A stretch of DNA of 44,489 nucleotides from a virus (IMGVR_UViG_3300028326_000008:1-44489), one strand, 5' to 3'; positions 9,321 through 18,052 are shown, counted from the first letter of the stretch. A program made the numbers and translations. The notes: generated from the letters alone by a model not told the origin.

Positions 9321-9903
9321 CGACGCGCTGGCTCGGCTTAAAGAGCATAAGATTCAGGTAGTGCGCAGCCCTAAACGGCTTTCGTTTGGGGATCGTGCCT
9401 TCTGTAGTTCCTTGTTTTTGGAAGCATTTAAGGCGGTGGACAAAAGTATTCAGGAGTTCAAGATGCTACCTGAATACGAAAAGATTGTTGACTGGATGGA
9501 GGATAACCATGGAAAAGGGTTGATGCTTCAAGGCGATTGCGGCCGAGGTAAGAGCGTAATTGTCTCAGGCGTTATTCCGGCCATTTTCTTTATGCGGTTT
9601 GGTATTGTGCTTCATCCCTTTCATGCCGACAACATTCCTGATGCCATACAGCAGCTCAGCAAGCTGCAAACGGTGGTTGTTGACGAGGTAGGAGTAGAGC
9701 CTATGGCCAATGACTTTGGTGGAAAGTACGAGGGATTCAACAGGATAATCAACGCGGCTGAGAACTCCCTCAAGTTGGTATTTATCACCACCAACTTGAG
9801 CTCTGCACAAATTCTCCAACGCTACGGTGAGAGAACCGTTGAGCGCTTATCTAGGCTGTGTAAAATTGTAAAATTTGAAGGTGATTCACTAAGACCATTT
9901 TAG
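9310..9903 (+). CDS. DnaC/IstB-like AAA+ helicase loader
   Basis: Walker A GDCGRGKS, Walker B VVVDEVG, ITTNLS, RYGER. Confidence 0.88.
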   Translation: MEINDALARLKEHKIQVVRSPKRLSFGDRAFCSSLFLEAFKAVDKSIQEFKMLPEYEKIVDWMEDNHGKGLMLQGDCGRGKSVIVSGVIPAIFFMRFGIVLHPFHADNIPDAIQQLSKLQTVVVDEVGVEPMANDFGGKYEGFNRIINAAENSLKLVFITTNLSSAQILQRYGERTVERLSRLCKIVKFEGDSLRPF

Positions 9904-9905
9904 CT

Positions 9906-10247
9906 ATGTACATGATTCCAGTTGCAGCAATAATTCTAGCAATTATTGTGCTAATCATCCACAAGGTGGTGAAAATAGGTACTACCAATGCCAAGACGCA
10001 AAGCAATGTTACCATTCGGTTGACCTCGCTGGAGGCAGCCTACCTGTTTGATGCATGTGATATGGTTGCCACCAAGGCCAAGGAGGCCAACTATCTGCCT
10101 ATTGAATACCGGACAGGTTTAGGCACCACAGTAAGAGACGTTAAAAAACAAATTACGATACAGCATGAACGCTTATCTCATTCCGGGGCTAGTAAACTTT
10201 CCCCAAAACAGCACATTATCAGCCAAAATAATCTGGTTAGTGTCTAA
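9906..10247 (+). CDS. Hypothetical protein with an N-terminal TM helix
   Basis: Hydrophobic N-terminus. Confidence 0.6.
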   Translation: MYMIPVAAIILAIIVLIIHKVVKIGTTNAKTQSNVTIRLTSLEAAYLFDACDMVATKAKEANYLPIEYRTGLGTTVRDVKKQITIQHERLSHSGASKLSPKQHIISQNNLVSV

Positions 10248-10524
10248 CCAGCTTGGTATTTCTACAGAAATGCTGTGCAGCCGGTCTCGCAAGCGAAAGG
10301 TTGTGGAACCAAGGTTCATTGCGTACTACTTGCTGAAAAATAATACCAAGGAATCGCTTGAGGAAATTGGGTTGCTAATGGGCGGTTTTGACCATGCCAC
10401 TGTACTGCATGGGCTGAAAACAATCAACAATCTCATGGAAACAAGCCAGGAGCTAAGATTGAGGGTTGAAAGCTTACAAAGAATGGTAAAGGATTGGAAT
10501 GCCGAGGTAAGCAAACATGGTTAG
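10165..10524 (+). CDS. Stand-alone DnaA C-terminal (domain IV) HTH protein
   Basis: SRSRKRKVVEPRFIAYYL...SLEEIG..MGGFDHATVLHG. Confidence 0.88.
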   Translation: MNAYLIPGLVNFPQNSTLSAKIIWLVSNQLGISTEMLCSRSRKRKVVEPRFIAYYLLKNNTKESLEEIGLLMGGFDHATVLHGLKTINNLMETSQELRLRVESLQRMVKDWNAEVSKHG

Positions 10525-10547
10525 GTGATATTTTTTTTGCAAATAAA

Positions 10548-10590
10548 CACAAACAAGTTTGTGAAATACAAACAAGATTGTTTATATTTG
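10548..10590 (+). promoter_or_regulatory. Bacteroidota promoter with overlapping repeats (operator candidate)
   Basis: TTTG (10558-10561), 21 nt, TATATTTG (10583-10590); ACAAACAAG occurs twice 20 bp apart. Confidence 0.7.
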
Positions 10591-10611
10591 TAAGAACAAA
10601 ACAAAAAAGCA

Positions 10612-10794
10612 ATGACCACACCAAAGGTAGCAATTACCCTCTCGGCTGCAATAGGAGGAGAGAAGTACATCAACGGAAGCCCTGCCGATCCTGCCCAATT
10701 CTGGCAGTTGCTTAGGCAGGGATTCCAAGATGGCCTTGTAAGAGTAGAAACCCAATCCGAAACCGCAACCATCTGGCAAATCTTCGAGCAATGA
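10612..10794 (+). CDS. Hypothetical protein
   Basis: First ORF after the promoter; ATGA overlap with the next gene. Confidence 0.55.
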   Translation: MTTPKVAITLSAAIGGEKYINGSPADPAQFWQLLRQGFQDGLVRVETQSETATIWQIFEQ

Positions 10795-11546
10795 ACAGCT
10801 TTATAAAGGAGTTTGAGCGATTGGGTTACCGGCACAGCTGGATGGATGTATTCAGCGACTTTCTGAGCCTTTCCCTCTGTGCTTTCGGTATGCAGCGCTA
10901 CGAGGATGAGTACAGAGAAATTATTGGTAGATACCCCAAGGAGGATCAGGCAATATTTCCTAGCCTGTTTGCGGAGATGTTCAAAGCCTACGAAGATGGA
11001 TCAAGCGCTGATGGAACCTGGACCGATGTGCTAGGAGATTTCTACATGGAGTTTGCAAGCCGTTCAACCCAGCAATTTAGGGGTCAGTTTTTTACCTCTC
11101 CATCCATTTGCCAAATGATGGCGAAGCTGACCGTGGATGAGTTAAAATTTGGAACCAATATCAACGACTGCGCATGTGGTTCTGGTAGAACGCTCATTGC
11201 TGTTGCCCGGCTCAACCCAGATAACCGGCTCAAAGCCTTTTTTGTGGGGCAAGATTTAGACATAACGGTCTGCAAAATGGCGGTAATCAACTTCGTAATG
11301 TTTGGCATGGCCGGGGTAATTATTCACATGGATACGATTAGAATGGAGGTGTATGGGGGATGGAGAATCTTTCTACCAGAAACAGGCCTTGGGGTGGTAA
11401 AGTTAACCAAAGAGGAAGCGCTCATGATGGTTACAGAGAAGAAGCAGCCAGAAGAAAAGGAAGAGCCAGCACCAACAGAAACCCCCGCTATTCTGCTAAT
11501 CCCTCAGGAAGATCACCAAAAATACAAGCAACTTCAACTATTCTAG
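10791..11546 (+). CDS. N6-adenine DNA methyltransferase-like protein (HsdM-like) lacking catalytic motif IV
   Basis: GQFFTS and NDCACGSG (SAM-binding) present; no NPP(F/Y). Confidence 0.8.
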   Translation: MNSFIKEFERLGYRHSWMDVFSDFLSLSLCAFGMQRYEDEYREIIGRYPKEDQAIFPSLFAEMFKAYEDGSSADGTWTDVLGDFYMEFASRSTQQFRGQFFTSPSICQMMAKLTVDELKFGTNINDCACGSGRTLIAVARLNPDNRLKAFFVGQDLDITVCKMAVINFVMFGMAGVIIHMDTIRMEVYGGWRIFLPETGLGVVKLTKEEALMMVTEKKQPEEKEEPAPTETPAILLIPQEDHQKYKQLQLF

Positions 11547-11550
11547 ACAT

Positions 11551-11961
11551 ATGAAATCCACAGAAAACTTTAAAAATGTCATTCAGGCTAGGCTTGATAC
11601 AATGGCAGCTGCAGATCCTCTCTTTGCCGAAAGGCTAAAGAAGGAAAATAAGAACATCGACGATTGCATCACCTACATTCTGAATTGGGTAAAGCAAAGC
11701 GAATGCAGCGGATTTACAGATGAAGAAATTTTCGGCCAAGCCGCTCACTACTACGATGAGGATACCATTGATATTGGCAACCCCATAACGTGCAAAGTGG
11801 TGGTGAACCACAAGGTTGAACCTACTGCAGAGGAGATCCAGCAAGCCAAGAAGGAAGCCTTGGATAAAGTGATGGCCGACGAACAGGAAAGGCTTCGAAA
11901 GAAGTCCGTTTTAACCAAGAAGCCAGAACCGACAATAGTTCAACAGGGAAGCTTGTTTTAG
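11551..11961 (+). CDS. PcfK-like protein (AcrIIA9 family)
   Basis: KENKNIDDCITYIL, GFTDEEIF, HYYDED, VVVNH; directly upstream of PcfJ. Confidence 0.85.
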   Translation: MKSTENFKNVIQARLDTMAAADPLFAERLKKENKNIDDCITYILNWVKQSECSGFTDEEIFGQAAHYYDEDTIDIGNPITCKVVVNHKVEPTAEEIQQAKKEALDKVMADEQERLRKKSVLTKKPEPTIVQQGSLF

Positions 11962-11963
11962 CC

Positions 11964-13244
11964 ATGGAACCAAAAACAAAGCTTCAAAAGTTAGTCGTTG
12001 AGCTGACTAAAAAGCTTCCTGCAATCAGTGAGGAGCAAAAAGCGTGGGCATTCGAAAAGTGCCTTGACAAGTATGCTGTTCTATCCAGAAAAACACTTTT
12101 TTGCCTGGAATGTGGTCACTCCTGGAAGGATGGGGGGATACTTGCCTCAGCCAAAACGTGCACCTGTCCGAGCTGTGGTAAAAAGCTGCACATTAAGACC
12201 GGATATCAGCGATTATACAGCGAGGCAGGGTACTTCGGGATTATGACCACTCAGGACGAGATGCAGGTAGTTAGGATGTTCTTTGCCAAGAAAGTTTGCA
12301 AAAAAGGTCAAAAGGCCATTTATTCGGTTTCTGAGGTCATGCAGCACTGGATTGACTTCAAGGGGAGAATCACCACGCTTGCAAAGCAGGTTCGCGGCCT
12401 TACCCAGTACTACGATGCATGGATATTTGACAGCTTTCTTGAAATCCGGTTGCTTACCTATAACGCAGGTCTTCGTGCTAGCATAGCACCTTACAAGATT
12501 TTCCCACAACGGCGGATACTACCAGTAATCAGACGTAATGGATACAATGGCAAATTTTACGGTTTAGCACCGCAAAACCTATTCTCAACAATACTTCAAG
12601 ATTCAATCGCGGAAACGCTTTTGAAGGCTGGCCAAGGGGAAATGTTGAAGCACCGGTTTAAGTCACCTGACGCTGTTGAAAAGTTCTGGCCGAGTATTAA
12701 GATATGCATCCGTAATGGCTATAAAATTGCCGATGCATCCCTGTGGGTTGACTACTTAAAGCTGTTGGATTTCTTTGGTAGGGACCTCCTAAACCAAAAG
12801 TTTGTTTGCCCTGAAAACCTTAAAGCGGAGCATGACCGCTACATGGCCAAAAAGCAAGCGGTGGATAGGAAAAAGAGGCTGATTGAGCTACAGGAAACCA
12901 TTGAGACTGAACAGGGAACCTATGCAGCCCAAAAGGGCAAGTTTTTTGGTTTGCTATTTCAGCAGGGGGATATCATTGTGAAACCCCTAGAAACCGTGGC
13001 TGAATTTGTAGCGGAAGGGGAGGTGCTTAACCACTGTATTTTCACGAGCGAATACTTTAAGAAACCAGAATCGCTGATTCTATCCGCACGGATTAGCAAC
13101 CAGCCAGTGGAGACCATCGAGGTTTCCCTAGAAAGCCTTTCCGTGGTTCAATGCCGGGGGGCTGATAACCATCCAACCAAGTATCACAGCCAGATTTTAA
13201 CCCTAGTTCAGAACAATATTCACCAGATAGCACAGCGATTATGA
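11964..13244 (+). CDS. PcfJ-like protein
   Basis: N-terminal CxxC...CPxC, WVDY, PENLKAEHD, EGEVLNHC, ETIEV, QCRG. Confidence 0.88.
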   Translation: MEPKTKLQKLVVELTKKLPAISEEQKAWAFEKCLDKYAVLSRKTLFCLECGHSWKDGGILASAKTCTCPSCGKKLHIKTGYQRLYSEAGYFGIMTTQDEMQVVRMFFAKKVCKKGQKAIYSVSEVMQHWIDFKGRITTLAKQVRGLTQYYDAWIFDSFLEIRLLTYNAGLRASIAPYKIFPQRRILPVIRRNGYNGKFYGLAPQNLFSTILQDSIAETLLKAGQGEMLKHRFKSPDAVEKFWPSIKICIRNGYKIADASLWVDYLKLLDFFGRDLLNQKFVCPENLKAEHDRYMAKKQAVDRKKRLIELQETIETEQGTYAAQKGKFFGLLFQQGDIIVKPLETVAEFVAEGEVLNHCIFTSEYFKKPESLILSARISNQPVETIEVSLESLSVVQCRGADNHPTKYHSQILTLVQNNIHQIAQRL

Positions 13245-13828
13245 GCCTAACAGAGAAACAGCAACGGTGGATTATGACCCATTTCAAAAACACCAAGAAC
13301 GACTTTATACTTGAAAAGTTTCAGATAAGTCATTCGATGTTGCACCGGTTTGCCCGTGAGAACGGACTAAAAAAAACAGGGCAATTCCAGAAAAAGTGCC
13401 GGGAGGATGCCACGAAAGCGGCCAGATTGGCTAACAAGCGCAACAACTGGCCTCCCAAGGGTTATGAAATTCCCAAGAGTAAGGAAAATCAATTCAAGGC
13501 CGGGATTACCCCTGAAATGAGGCTAGGAAAGAAAAAGAACCTAGAGCGGATACAGAAATCAGCGGAGAGCAGAAGGAGAACGGTAGCCGCTGAAAAGCGA
13601 AGGGTTTTGTTTGGCTTACCCCAAAAAACAAAGCTAAAAGTAGTGGCCGCTCCGCACAACAAGGCGTCATATCGGTACACACTTAAAAAAAGAGGCTACA
13701 TCGTTGAGCGAGGGGCTAAGACAATATTCTACAATGATAGCACGAACAGAAGTGAAATCGTTGAACGCACGGCCAAAGAGCGTTACAGATTTTCAGTTTT
13801 GGAAATGGGGCCTGCCCCGAAATATTAA
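13241..13828 (+). CDS. Basic putative DNA-binding protein
   Basis: N-terminal HTH-like segment; K/R-rich. Confidence 0.6.
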   Translation: MSLTEKQQRWIMTHFKNTKNDFILEKFQISHSMLHRFARENGLKKTGQFQKKCREDATKAARLANKRNNWPPKGYEIPKSKENQFKAGITPEMRLGKKKNLERIQKSAESRRRTVAAEKRRVLFGLPQKTKLKVVAAPHNKASYRYTLKKRGYIVERGAKTIFYNDSTNRSEIVERTAKERYRFSVLEMGPAPKY

Positions 13829-13866
13829 TTCAATGTTTTCTAACAAAAATTGAGGAGGAAAATATA

Positions 13867-14622
13867 ATGAAAATAACAGGCACAAAGGAATGGGCAAGCA
13901 AAACAATCAACCTATTTACAGGTGACTGCCCCAATGGATGTATTTACTGCTACGCCGCTGCAAATAATCACCGCTTTAAGCTTCCAAGGGAGTTTAGGGT
14001 AAAAGACTCCATGCTAGGCGTTAAGTTTAAAAAACGCGAAGGAATTACCATGTATCCGTCTACGCACGACATACGGCCAGAGCACATCGATCTTCATGTT
14101 GATTTTCTCAAGCGATTTCTGGAACCAGGCAATAAGGTTCTAATCGTCACCAAGCCTTTTCCAGAGTGCATTGAAAGGCTATGCAAAGAGTTAATGCCTT
14201 ACAGGGAACAGGTTGAATTTAGATTTACCGTTGGTAGCGGAAATTCGGAAACGTTGAAATATTACGAACCATTTGCTCCTTCTTTTACACAGAGAGCACA
14301 AGCAATAGAAATAGCTTATAACGCTGGATTTAAAACAAGCCTATCTATTGAGCCAATGCTCGATATTATCCCTTACCTGATAATACTTCACTTATACCCA
14401 TTTATTTCTGGAGAAATTTGGATAGGTAAAATGAACAACGCGGTAGTCAGAATATCATCAAACGGACACCGAGACAAGATTGAGATTGTGAAATCCCTTG
14501 TTGAGTGGCAGGCTAGCGATTCCAACATCATGGGAATTGTAAACAACCTTTCTCAATACGATAATGTGAGGTGGAAGGACAGTATAGCAGAGGTAATTAA
14601 CAGAAATAAAAAGGAGGAATAG
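13867..14622 (+). CDS. Radical SAM protein (SplB/DUF5131-like)
   Basis: CPNGCIYCYA (CxxxCxxC), LIVTK, SIEPM. Confidence 0.85.
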   Translation: MKITGTKEWASKTINLFTGDCPNGCIYCYAAANNHRFKLPREFRVKDSMLGVKFKKREGITMYPSTHDIRPEHIDLHVDFLKRFLEPGNKVLIVTKPFPECIERLCKELMPYREQVEFRFTVGSGNSETLKYYEPFAPSFTQRAQAIEIAYNAGFKTSLSIEPMLDIIPYLIILHLYPFISGEIWIGKMNNAVVRISSNGHRDKIEIVKSLVEWQASDSNIMGIVNNLSQYDNVRWKDSIAEVINRNKKEE

Positions 14623-14624
14623 TC

Positions 14625-14996
14625 ATGAAAGAACTGCAAAAATTAATGAACAACATATCGGATTGGTCCAACAAAACATTTGGGGATGGTGATAGATCGG
14701 TTCCAATTTTACATCACCTACAAAAAGAAGTTGTTGAAGCCATTGATATGGTAATTGAATTCAGAGATGTAAGATATGATGATTCTGTTGGTGTTGGAGA
14801 ATATGGCAGGATTTGGGCTAAAATGCAACTTGAATTTGCAGATTGTCTTATGTTGCTATTAGATGCCGCGCAACATGTAAATATATCAGCTGAGGAGTTA
14901 ATTAATGCAACTAATCACAAACTAGAAGTAAACAAAACTAGGATATGGGGCAAGCCCGATGAAAATGGAGTAATAGAGCATATAAAGGAGGAATAA
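14625..14996 (+). CDS. DUF550/MazG-like dNTP pyrophosphohydrolase
   Basis: WSNKTFG, HLQKEVVE, EFADC, KLEVNKTRIW. Confidence 0.8.
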   Translation: MKELQKLMNNISDWSNKTFGDGDRSVPILHHLQKEVVEAIDMVIEFRDVRYDDSVGVGEYGRIWAKMQLEFADCLMLLLDAAQHVNISAEELINATNHKLEVNKTRIWGKPDENGVIEHIKEE

Positions 14997-14998
14997 CT

Positions 14999-15472
14999 AT
15001 GAAAATATTTATATTAATTGTCTCAAAAACGTTCCCAAAAACGCATAAAAGAGCAGGAGAATCAACTGGATTTGTAGATAACATTTCAAAACTTTTTACT
15101 CCTGCAAATACCAAGATACACACTATTCGGGCAAATATCGACTTGTGGAGTAAAAGGGCAAAAGAAATTAACGACGGCAGAGCGTTTTTATCAATTCGCT
15201 ACTGGAGTGGAAAACCTTACAACTCAGAACAGGTTGAAATATGCAAATTGAGGCATATTGGAATTCAAAAGTTTAATGTGTTGGAATATGAAGATAATGA
15301 AGGAATTGAACGAGCCTGTTATTGTGTTGACGATATGGCAAAGCAAACATTGCTAACATCTACTTTAGCCAAAAACGATGGACTTTCATTAGAGGATTTC
15401 AGGGAGTGGTTTAAGGATTACGATTTATCCAACTCAATGGCCATTATTCACTTTACGGAATTCCGGTATTGA
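14999..15472 (+). CDS. ASCH/PUA-like domain protein
   Basis: KIHTIR, WSGKPY, LAKNDGLSLEDFREWF. Confidence 0.55.
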   Translation: MKIFILIVSKTFPKTHKRAGESTGFVDNISKLFTPANTKIHTIRANIDLWSKRAKEINDGRAFLSIRYWSGKPYNSEQVEICKLRHIGIQKFNVLEYEDNEGIERACYCVDDMAKQTLLTSTLAKNDGLSLEDFREWFKDYDLSNSMAIIHFTEFRY

Positions 15473-15522
15473 TTTACTAACCTATTATTGGCAATTGATG
15501 AACTAACTTAAAAACTAATTGT

Positions 15523-15885
15523 ATGATTTCAATTAAAGAAGTAAAACAGATAAGAGAAAACTTTGGATTTACACATTTAGTTATTCTCGGAATTTCCAAC
15601 GATGGTAAACATCACGTTGCTACGCATGGAAAAACAGTAGTACAAGCAAAGGAAGCTGCTAATATTGGTAACCAGTTAAAAAAAGAAATTGGTTGGCCTC
15701 AAAACTTATGCAACTCCAAACCTCTAGAAAGAATTTGCGAACATTGTTCTTTCTGGCAACGTGGATACCACCATCCAGGTGATGTGATACAATCAAATAT
15801 GCACGGTAAATGTATGTTCAATCCAGAACCTACAAAAAGGTATGAACAGGATAGGGCTTGTGGAAATTTTGAGCCATCAGCATAG
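15523..15885 (+). CDS. Cys-rich hypothetical protein
   Basis: CEHC...GKC...AC. Confidence 0.65.
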   Translation: MISIKEVKQIRENFGFTHLVILGISNDGKHHVATHGKTVVQAKEAANIGNQLKKEIGWPQNLCNSKPLERICEHCSFWQRGYHHPGDVIQSNMHGKCMFNPEPTKRYEQDRACGNFEPSA

Positions 15886-15910
15886 TATCAGCGAAATAAA
15901 AACACGAATT

Positions 15911-16177
15911 ATGACAAAAAAAATCTTAATAATAGGTGCTGGGGTAGAAGGAAAATCAACCCTGCATATTGCTTCGTTGCAAGAAAAATACGGTAACGAT
16001 ATCGTTTTAGTAACACCCGAAGAGGCCAAAGAGCAAGGTTTAAGGATGGAAGATTTTGCTAACATTCCAACAATTAAGTTAATAGCACCACCAGTTAATG
16101 AGGACATCCAACGCATATCATTGTCAGGTAGAGAGCAGCGAAGGCAAAGACGAAAAAAAGAGCGAAAAACACACTAG
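15911..16177 (+). CDS. Hypothetical protein
   Basis: N-terminal ILIIGAGVEGKS (Rossmann-like) and a basic tail. Confidence 0.6.
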   Translation: MTKKILIIGAGVEGKSTLHIASLQEKYGNDIVLVTPEEAKEQGLRMEDFANIPTIKLIAPPVNEDIQRISLSGREQRRQRRKKERKTH

Positions 16178-16179
16178 CC

Positions 16180-16368
16180 ATGGGTAAGATTGAAAACGCA
16201 GGTTATTTAGTAATTACCAAATCCGGAAAAAGTGGACGAACCTACCACAACAAAGGATTAATTAACGAAAAGATACCTGTATATCTCGAGGTGAAAGAGC
16301 ATGAGTATGCTGATAAGGCTATACTATGTGATCCTTCAACATTGAAGTTGGTAGGATTTATTGACTAA
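16180..16368 (+). CDS. Hypothetical protein
   Basis: Last ORF of the operon before a terminator. Confidence 0.6.
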   Translation: MGKIENAGYLVITKSGKSGRTYHNKGLINEKIPVYLEVKEHEYADKAILCDPSTLKLVGFID

Positions 16369-16387
16369 TGAGCTAAATCATACCAAC

Positions 16388-16416
16388 AAAAAAAGAGCCC
16401 CTGTATAGAGGCTCTT
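16388..16416 (-). terminator. Intrinsic terminator between convergent genes
   Basis: AAGAGCC...GGCTCTT stem preceded by an A7 run. Confidence 0.7.
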
Positions 16417-16433
16417 AATAATTCCTCCTTAAA

Positions 16434-16619
16434 CTAAGTTTCAGAAGAGTTTAAGGTAATGTTTGACATTAAATCCTCTAGTAGAAATCGGTAGGTAATG
16501 TCTTCAAGTGATGATCTTTCTAATTCATCTGTTGGAAGATTTGAAAGATGTTTTTTAAGGGCCAATAGGTCCCTGCTTGATAGCTCATATTTATGAGCTA
16601 TTTGATTTAAATAATCCAT
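16434..16619 (-). CDS. Small hypothetical moron protein
   Basis: 61-aa AT-rich ORF followed by a terminator. Confidence 0.55.
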   Translation of the reverse strand: MDYLNQIAHKYELSSRDLLALKKHLSNLPTDELERSSLEDITYRFLLEDLMSNITLNSSET

Positions 16620-16719
16620 TTGTAAAATAGAATTACTTTATCACCGATTAAGACAATTCAAATATTGAATTAGTATTATTCCCCAATTGGAATTTTTAAG
16701 TGATGTATTTTCATACAGT

Positions 16720-16746
16720 AAAAAAAAGGAGGCTTAAGCCTCCTTT
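16720..16746 (-). terminator. Intrinsic terminator
   Basis: AAAGGAGGC-TTAA-GCCTCCTTT with an A-run, directly after the DUF3606 stop. Confidence 0.8.
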
Positions 16747-16748
16747 CC

Positions 16749-16925
16749 CTAACGTTTTGAAAGGTATTCTCTAACTTTCTTCACAGAATGACCAACTTCC
16801 CGAACCGCCTTTCTAAGTTGAGCCTCAGATACACCAAGTACTTTAGTCCATCTCTTAACTTCCGCTACTTGTTCTAAACTAATGAGGTCCCTGTCTGGAT
16901 GTCCAATTTTCTTTTTATTATCCAT
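16749..16925 (-). CDS. DUF3606-family small protein (58 aa; not in the ORF track)
   Basis: MDNKKKIGHPDRDLISLEQVAEVKRWTKVLGVSEAQLRKAVREVGHSVKKVREYLSKR. Confidence 0.8.
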   Translation of the reverse strand: MDNKKKIGHPDRDLISLEQVAEVKRWTKVLGVSEAQLRKAVREVGHSVKKVREYLSKR

Positions 16926-16935
16926 TCTCCGTGGT

Positions 16936-17211
16936 TTAAACTGCTGGCACCTTGTTTGAAACTTTCAATAGTGTTCTTCCAAAAATCCTACGGAGCCTAG
17001 ACTGGTATCCACCAGTTTTGTATTTTCCGTAGTACCGTCTTATCCGTTCTTCGACTTCATCCGTTATGGTTACAGAGTTATCTGTAGGGTTGAATGTTTC
17101 TTGGATACTAACGAGTAGACTTTGAAATCCACCATCGTGCTTAGAACTTGGGCTTTGCCTGAACAAGTGATATTGTTCGTCCTCATTTAAAATAATCTTT
17201 TTCTTTTTCAT
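16936..17211 (-). CDS. Hypothetical protein with a duplicated GG(F/Y)QS motif
   Basis: GGFQSLL ... GGYQSRL. Confidence 0.7.
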   Translation of the reverse strand: MKKKKIILNEDEQYHLFRQSPSSKHDGGFQSLLVSIQETFNPTDNSVTITDEVEERIRRYYGKYKTGGYQSRLRRIFGRTLLKVSNKVPAV

Positions 17212-17309
17212 TTTTTTTTAGTATTATGAATTACATTAATGTTTATTCTGTAGCGTTTATCCTGGATGAACTCTACTCTAATCTTTTTTTAATTTTTTTT
17301 CTTACCCTA

Positions 17310-17339
17310 TTGCATCTAATTATATCCTTACTATATTTG
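17310..17339 (+). promoter_or_regulatory. Bacteroidota promoter
   Basis: TATATTTG at 17332-17339 with TTGC upstream. Confidence 0.5.
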
Positions 17340-17471
17340 TCCCGTAATATTGTAAAAAAGATGGGTAGTCTTTAGGTTTACTTATTACAAACTTTAAGTC
17401 GATTTTTTTTGCATCTCAAGAATTGTGCCATGGGCGATAGTTGTGCCTATATGGCATGGTTTTTTTATTTT

Positions 17472-17540
17472 ATGACATTTTGTAATGTCATGCTGTCGGA
17501 ATATTATTATTTTATTTTTCAACTATTCTGATTATCTTTG
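17472..17540 (+). promoter_or_regulatory. Promoter of the packaging operon with an upstream palindrome
   Basis: ATGACATT-N4-AATGTCAT (17472-17491); TATCTTTG (17533-17540). Confidence 0.55.
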
Positions 17541-17560
17541 GTAGGTCAAAGATCGAGGGG

Positions 17561-18052
17561 ATGGATAGCTGCGAGAGAGTGAACTACAAATCAGTAGTTC
17601 GATTACTTCAAAAGAAATACCCAAGCATTTTCGAGGAGCTTACCCAGGAGCCTGTGGTGGCAGACTTGACCATGGCAGAGCCGCTACTTGGAAGATTTTG
17701 CCTACTGAAAGGCTTGAGCAAAGACCAGGTAGTAAAGAACAAGGACCAGAGCCGAATGCTATTTATTGCCTTGGCCACAAAAACCTTTGATCCGCTTTTC
17801 TTTGTAGATACCGAAAAGACACTCCTCCGGGGCTTAAGGGACACCCTTTCAGCCATTCTTTTTGTCCATGAGACGCAAATCTCTCACACTTTGACAACGG
17901 TGCGAACATACCTCAGGGCTTACCCGGCCTTCAGAAAAGAGGTGGACTACCTTTACGCTACAATCGTAAAGGAGTTTTCTCATGACAACCGTAAGTATCA
18001 AAACAGCCTATCTGGGGGTAGACAAGCTTACCCCTTATCCGCAGAACCCTAG
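17561..18052 (+). CDS. Hypothetical protein (possible late regulator)
   Basis: First ORF of the late region; helical, LRDTLSAIL...QISHTL looks HTH-like. Confidence 0.6.
   Translation: MDSCERVNYKSVVRLLQKKYPSIFEELTQEPVVADLTMAEPLLGRFCLLKGLSKDQVVKNKDQSRMLFIALATKTFDPLFFVDTEKTLLRGLRDTLSAILFVHETQISHTLTTVRTYLRAYPAFRKEVDYLYATIVKEFSHDNRKYQNSLSGGRQAYPLSAEP

Noticed and set aside
10791-11546. Type I restriction-modification system
   Set aside because: No HsdS or HsdR nearby, and the catalytic motif is absent
13241-13828. HNH homing endonuclease
   Set aside because: The N-terminal part is reminiscent, but there is no HNH catalytic motif
14625-14996. Z-genome (2-aminoadenine) pathway
   Set aside because: A DUF550-like gene is present, but no PurZ, DatZ or DNA polymerase is in the window
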